From NCBI GenBank assembly GCA_964545955.1, contig CAZJIN010000001.1:1-29063 (forward strand): DNA of 29,063 nt, written 5' to 3'. Under the pieces are notes generated by a model. The model saw nothing but the letters and a program-made list of their open reading frames with translations, searched no databases and was not told the DNA's origin. Made by a program: the position numbers and the translations under genes. Below are positions 24,227 to 29,063 of this stretch, in pieces (position 1 is the stretch's first letter; each line of letters begins with the position of its first letter). This stretch comes from an uncultured Sediminispirochaeta sp. (lineage in GTDB: Bacteria > Spirochaetota > Spirochaetia > DSM-16054 > Sediminispirochaetaceae).

Positions 24227-25059
24227 GATACGCCCTTCACAACGGTACGCTCATAGATAAAGCCCGGGCATTGCTCCCCGTGGAGCAACCGGAAGTGCTG
24301 ATGAGCTTCGGGGTATACGAATCTCTCAAGGTGAAGGGGGGAAGGGCTCTCTTTGTGGAAGAACACCTGGAGCGCCTGTTCGAGTCGGCCCACATATTGA
24401 GGCTTGAGCATCCCTTCGATGAAGCGCATTTTATTGACGGGGTACACCGCCTGGTGGAGGCCAATGGTGTTGACGAAGCCACCCTTCGGATACAGTTGTT
24501 CGGGGGAAGGGAACCCTTTTACTACGCCTTCTATTCTCCCCTTCCCAAGTACCCCTCTGAGTATTATCGAGAGGGGGTGGATGTGTTGACTTACCCGGGG
24601 GAGAGGCTTTTTCCAAGGGCTAAATCAAGCTGCCTCCTCTTGAATTACATGGCAAGGAGGGAATCATCGGAGAAGGGGGCTCTGGAAGCGCTTTTTGTCG
24701 ATAGGAATGGTTTGGTTCCGGAAGGGGCCAGGAGCAACCTCTTTGCCTTCGGTGGGGGTACTCTGTACACCGCTGACGAGAACGTGCTCAACGGGGTTAC
24801 ACGAAAACACATTCTCGAATGCTGTGCGGAAGAGGGGGTGAAGGTAGTTTTTGAGTCTCCGGTTCTGAAGGAAATCCTCGGGAAAAGCTTCGATGGCCTG
24901 TTTATTTCCAGTACGAGCATGGGGGCAATTCCACTCAAAACGATAGATGGACAGACGGTGCTGAAGGACCCTGAAGGGCGAGAGAATATGATCTCCCTCA
25001 CGGACAGGTTGAACGCTTATCTATCGGCGAGGGAAGAAGCTGACGCGACTAGGCCATAG
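24223..25059 (+). CDS. PLP fold-type IV aminotransferase (D-amino acid/BCAT/ADC lyase family)
   Basis: GVYESLK, HLERLFESA, RAKS (PLP Lys), EGARSNLF, LNGVTR, STSMG. ATGA overlap with the upstream gene. Confidence 0.88.
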   Translation: MRYALHNGTLIDKARALLPVEQPEVLMSFGVYESLKVKGGRALFVEEHLERLFESAHILRLEHPFDEAHFIDGVHRLVEANGVDEATLRIQLFGGREPFYYAFYSPLPKYPSEYYREGVDVLTYPGERLFPRAKSSCLLLNYMARRESSEKGALEALFVDRNGLVPEGARSNLFAFGGGTLYTADENVLNGVTRKHILECCAEEGVKVVFESPVLKEILGKSFDGLFISSTSMGAIPLKTIDGQTVLKDPEGRENMISLTDRLNAYLSAREEADATRP

Positions 25060-25191
25060 AGCCTTCGAAGGAGGCTGATAATGGTCAGCTCTTGCCCGCC
25101 TTGTCGGGGAAAAATTAGGTAAAAATTGAAAATGAAGGTGACAACCGGTGACGGTATCCATTACACTTCCCCATATAGGGAGACATAGGAG

Positions 25192-26133
25192 ATGAGTGGT
25201 CATGTGAAGGATTTTCCAACAGTGGTAATTCCCTTTGAATCCAGCTGTGAATCCGAGACCTGTCAGGATGTGTGTGTGTATCTTCGCCCGGAAACGAACG
25301 GCGTGCAGGTCGAAAGTACTATGATGCGCACAATTCAGGCGACACCACTCTACAGGGAAAATGTAAAGCTGGTGTATCTGGCTAATCTTCCCGGTGAGTT
25401 TATCAGCCGGCGCAGGATCATTGAGCACCATTATCGGCTCAAGATCCTCTTTGCGAAAAAGGGGAAACGGCTTTTCACGGAATATATGCGACGGGAATTT
25501 TCAAGGTATTTCAAGACGGATTTTGAAGAAGCAAGGATTCTTGGTTCCTTCGAAGCTATGAAAAAACTCGGTTTCTCACGGGAAGACCTCTTCAATATAT
25601 GGGTAGATAAAAAGGAGATCCTCCATCTCAACGGCCAGACTATCAAACACTTCGGTGAGTACTATATCATCAACTACGATATCCCCGCTCTTTTACTGAA
25701 GAACCGGACCAACACCGATGTGGCGGTTATGATCCTGAGGACAACACTCGGTCCAAAGACCGTTCACACCCTGATGATGGATATGGTTGATGCGCTTAAA
25801 CGCAGTGGGTATTTACATGAATCGGATAATTTTACACGGGTATTCCATTTTTCCCGAAGTCCCTTTGAGCAAATTCTGGACAGTATCGGTTTTCTCTACG
25901 ACGCGGAGGGCAGTCATGTCGCCCTCAGGAAGATCCGTTTTTATAATTACCTTCTCAAAAAAGGAATTGACGCGCTGACTATCAGAAAATTCCTGGAATA
26001 CCCGGTTTTCGGCTTTGAGAACGAGAAGGGCAGGTATTTTGAAGAGACAATCTACGCGGCCACTTATGGGCTTGGATATGAAGACGCGTTCAGGAAGTTA
26101 CAAACAGCTAAGACGCAGGTCCTTCTCGATTAG
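25192..26133 (+). CDS. Hypothetical protein, possibly a divergent nucleoside-diphosphate-kinase-like fold
   Basis: 313 aa, SD AGGAG. VYLRPE, IIEHHY and VFHFSRSPFE resemble NDK IKPD, LKEHY and HGSDS. CDS confidence is high; the NDK call is tentative. Confidence 0.5.
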   Translation: MSGHVKDFPTVVIPFESSCESETCQDVCVYLRPETNGVQVESTMMRTIQATPLYRENVKLVYLANLPGEFISRRRIIEHHYRLKILFAKKGKRLFTEYMRREFSRYFKTDFEEARILGSFEAMKKLGFSREDLFNIWVDKKEILHLNGQTIKHFGEYYIINYDIPALLLKNRTNTDVAVMILRTTLGPKTVHTLMMDMVDALKRSGYLHESDNFTRVFHFSRSPFEQILDSIGFLYDAEGSHVALRKIRFYNYLLKKGIDALTIRKFLEYPVFGFENEKGRYFEETIYAATYGLGYEDAFRKLQTAKTQVLLD

Positions 26134-26182
26134 ATGCTTTAAGGAATGTACGAAATAACCTATTAATTCAGGTGGAGTCAGG

Positions 26183-27181
26183 ATGCAGGAAAAACTTTTT
26201 TATATTATCTTCAATCCCACTGCCGACCACGGGAAATCCATGAAACGGATTGCGGGCCTCGAAGCGGAACTCGATAAGCTGGCTATGCCTTACGAACTGG
26301 TCCTGACCCGGGGGTCCGGCCACGCGATTGAGCTGGCCAGGCAAAGGGCTATCGACTTCGTCTTCTCCCGTGGTGAGAAGGGAGGGAGTTCCGGGGTAGT
26401 TGTCGCGGCAGGGGGAGACGGGACGACGAACGAGGTGATAAACGGTCTGATGCAGGCGAAGCGGTTTCTTGAAACAAAGGGCGATCTAACTGGATTCCCC
26501 GTTTTCGGGGTCCTTCCGATGGGACGGGGGAATGATTTTGCCTACGGAGCGGGGGTCCCCCATGATCTTCATGAAGCATGCCGTATACTGGCCGCTGAGG
26601 AGAACTATAGTATGGACGTTGGTCTAGTTCTCGGTGGGTATTACCCGGAGGGACGGTTTTTCGGAAACGGGATAGGCATCGGTTTTGATACCCTGGTCGG
26701 GCTTGAAGCCGCGAAGATGTCCTGGATTCCTGGCTTTCTGGGTTATGTATATGGGGCCCTGAAGGTTTTGTTGGTCTATCCGGAGGGCCCGCAGGTCAGT
26801 ATCAGGTGGAAAAACGGAGAAGACGGGAGTCTTGATACGGTGAGCCAGCAAATTTCAATCATGAACGGCCGTCGGATGGGGGGGGCTTTTTTCATGGCCC
26901 CTGAAAGCATAATAACCGACGGTCTCTTTGATCTCTGTATGACCCGGGGGCACCTACCCAGAAGTAGTCTTCTCAAGGCAATAGGACAATATACCCGCGG
27001 GACCCAGAAGGGCAATCCCAATGTGGTGACCGGGAGGGCCTCGGAATTCAGGATCACCGCCCCCGGGGGAGGCTTGGTATGTCATGCCGATGGAGAGACT
27101 ATCAGCATTAATAGTGATGAGTTGTCCGTGCGATGTATTCCGGGGGCTCTTCAGATCCGATCATCCCCGAGGAAGGGGTGA
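26183..27181 (+). CDS. Diacylglycerol/lipid kinase family protein (YegS/DgkB-like)
   Basis: IIFNP, AAGGDGTTNEVING, PMGRGNDFA, NGIGIGFD, NGRRMGG, HADGE. Confidence 0.92.
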   Translation: MQEKLFYIIFNPTADHGKSMKRIAGLEAELDKLAMPYELVLTRGSGHAIELARQRAIDFVFSRGEKGGSSGVVVAAGGDGTTNEVINGLMQAKRFLETKGDLTGFPVFGVLPMGRGNDFAYGAGVPHDLHEACRILAAEENYSMDVGLVLGGYYPEGRFFGNGIGIGFDTLVGLEAAKMSWIPGFLGYVYGALKVLLVYPEGPQVSIRWKNGEDGSLDTVSQQISIMNGRRMGGAFFMAPESIITDGLFDLCMTRGHLPRSSLLKAIGQYTRGTQKGNPNVVTGRASEFRITAPGGGLVCHADGETISINSDELSVRCIPGALQIRSSPRKG

Positions 27182-27184
27182 TGG

Positions 27185-27883
27185 GTGAAAACTGATCTGG
27201 GCGTATTCGGCCGTTTTGTCACCACTGTTATTCGATGGCTCTTTCGAATCCTCTGCAGAATCAAAGAAGAGGGAAGTGAGAGGCTACCGGACCATGGGCC
27301 CTGTATTGTGGTGGTGAATCATATCAACTTTCTGGAAGTACCGATTATCTATCCGTTCCTGTATCCCCGCTTAACCAGCTCTCTGGTAAAAAGAGAGACG
27401 TGGGAAAATCCTTTTCTCGGCAGGCTGGCAACACTGTGGAACGGGATTCCCATCAGGAGGGATACCGCCGATTTTACCGCTCTGCGAACGGCGGAGAAAC
27501 GACTCAGGGAGGGGCATATCCTGATGATCGCGCCGGAGGGAACCCGCAGTTATGACGGCAGGATGGGCCCCGGCAATCCGGGAGTGGTGATTCTCGCCCT
27601 CAGGGCGGGGGTTCCCATACTGCCCATAGTCCACTACGGGGGAGAGCGATTCTGGTACAACCTGAAGCGTTTCAGACGTACCCCCGTGACCCTGAAGGTG
27701 GGGCGTCCTTTCAGAATAAAGGCTCCTGAAGGCAGGGTGACTAGTACCGTTCGCCGTGCCATCGTAGATGAGATGATGGAGTATATGGCCGCCCTCGTTC
27801 CCGAGTATTACCGGGGGAACTACACGGGGAGGGCGGATAGGAATTTTACCTACCTGAGGACAACGGAATTCAACGATGGATAA
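27185..27883 (+). CDS. plsC: Lysophospholipid acyltransferase (PlsC family)
   Basis: NHINFLE (HX4D-type, with Glu), PIRR, APEGTRS, VPILPI. GTG start. Confidence 0.85.
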   Translation: MKTDLGVFGRFVTTVIRWLFRILCRIKEEGSERLPDHGPCIVVVNHINFLEVPIIYPFLYPRLTSSLVKRETWENPFLGRLATLWNGIPIRRDTADFTALRTAEKRLREGHILMIAPEGTRSYDGRMGPGNPGVVILALRAGVPILPIVHYGGERFWYNLKRFRRTPVTLKVGRPFRIKAPEGRVTSTVRRAIVDEMMEYMAALVPEYYRGNYTGRADRNFTYLRTTEFNDG

Positions 27884-28526
27884 GCGCTGTTTCGCCTTTT
27901 TTGATGTGGACCATACCATCCTCTGTGGATCCACGGGAAAACACCTGGCCGGTCTGAGTATGCGGAGGGGAATCATTCCCTTTTGGTGGTTCCTGAAATT
28001 GCCGGTGTTCTATTTTCGCTACAGGACAGGGTATCTCGATCCCTCAATGTTCAGCCTTCTATTGAAAAAATTCCAGGGTATTCCCTTCTCACAGATAAAA
28101 AAAATGGCGGAGGAGATTTTTCAGACCAAAATCAAACCACAGATCTACCTGGAGGCGATGCGCCTGATACAGTTGGAACGGGACAGGGGCAGAATCGTAG
28201 TCTTGGCAACATCCGCTCCGGAATCCGTGGTGCTGCCCCTGGCCAGATATCTGGAAGTCCCTGAGGTAGTGGCCACAAAACTCGAAGTACGAGATGAAGT
28301 CCTGACGGGCAATTTCGATGGTGACCCGGCCTTCGGACCGGGAAAACAGGCCAGGGTCCTGAAGTTCGTGGAGAAACACAAGGCAGAACTCTCCTGCTGT
28401 TCCTTCTATTCCGATAGCCATTACGACCTTCCCCTGCTGGAATGCGTAGAGGAACCGGTAGCGGTGAATCCGGACGGTCGCCTCTCCAGAATGGCCGATA
28501 ACCGCTCACTTTTTTCCCATCTTTAA
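27876..28526 (+). CDS. HAD-IB (SerB-like) phosphatase, last residues probably replaced at a junction
   Basis: FFDVDHT (motif I), ATSAP (II), GPGK (III), YSDSHYDLPLL (IV), VNPD. Confidence 0.88.
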   Translation: MDKRCFAFFDVDHTILCGSTGKHLAGLSMRRGIIPFWWFLKLPVFYFRYRTGYLDPSMFSLLLKKFQGIPFSQIKKMAEEIFQTKIKPQIYLEAMRLIQLERDRGRIVVLATSAPESVVLPLARYLEVPEVVATKLEVRDEVLTGNFDGDPAFGPGKQARVLKFVEKHKAELSCCSFYSDSHYDLPLLECVEEPVAVNPDGRLSRMADNRSLFSHL

Positions 28527-29063
28527 CAGGAGTTGTATGAACCTCACTTGTAATGGTTTGAATGGTCAGCAAATCAAAAAATTTACGCCAGAAAGGGATT
28601 TCTTCATAAAGGTAGAGACCGGCCGGGATTCCTATGGTTAGTGAGCTTTCATTTGTTTTTGGTGTGAACCTGTAAATTTCTTTTCTCTTTTTTATCAGGT
28701 GGAATGAGAGCGAGGGATTTTTCACGAATTTTTTAATATTATAATCCCTTCCGCATAAGAAACCGTAAGCTTCTGTTTCGTTGTCAATTTCCGCAATTTT
28801 GAGTTTGCAATTGTTGTTACATAAATTACAGATTTCGCTGTAAACAGGAATTTCTTTTTTATAGATATCCAGTCCTCTGAATTTTCTTACCCCTGCATTT
28901 TCTTTATATAATTCCAGTGCTACTCCCAAGGCCCCTGTTAAATGGCAGAATTTGGAAACCGTAATGGGTTTTTGCAGTTTTTGCTCAAATGCTGCAACCA
29001 GGGATTTGTTTTTTGCCGTAGCTCCCTGAAAAGTTATTTTCCTGCCAATTTTGCCTTCTGTGG
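28132..29063 (-). pseudogene. Truncated 2-hydroxyacyl-CoA dehydratase activase-type multidomain gene (BadF/BcrA ATPase plus DUF2229-like). It starts beyond the window; homology ends at about 28501.
   Basis: Frame is open from 29061: FQGATAKNKSLVAAFEQKL..HLTGALGVAL, CNLCNNNCKL, GFLCGRDY, IGIPAGL..FWRKFF..GKKVSG. It then reads through the antisense of the HAD gene to a stop at 28132. Confidence 0.75.

Noticed and set aside
1-29063. CRISPR array, rRNA, tRNA, integrase or transposase
   Set aside because: No regularly spaced repeats with unique spacers, and no such genes recognised by eye.

Overview
About 29 kb of bacterial chromosome, probably from an anaerobic spirochaete (inferred from a spirochaete-type lipobox and TPR/transglutaminase-like envelope proteins). 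I found no rRNA, tRNA, CRISPR array, transposase or integrase. From left to right it holds an MFS transporter, a beta-barrel outer-membrane protein and DUF2889. Next is a three-gene envelope operon (2968-12567): two paralogous barrel/Ig/transglutaminase-like/TPR proteins, one with an intact Cys-His-Glu triad and one lacking all three residues, then a 1225-aa Ig-repeat lipoprotein with a 943-bp exact internal duplication. Then come a nitroreductase, an orphan HipB-like gene, a MazEF-type TA pair, small membrane, thioredoxin-like and HExxH genes, and a degenerate GT2. A ferritin-like cargo plus family 1 encapsulin operon converges on a split YeeE/twin TusA/atypical TrxB sulfur(selenium) operon. 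After that are three coupled PLP enzymes (probable D-amino acid pathway), a divergent NDK-like protein and a DAGK-PlsC-HAD lipid operon. At the right end is an AT-rich acyl-CoA dehydratase activase gene, truncated at an abrupt junction with the HAD gene. Six genes have sigma70-like promoters placed so that transcription would start at or near the ATG (leaderless). All family calls come from motif recognition by eye; no database searches were run.
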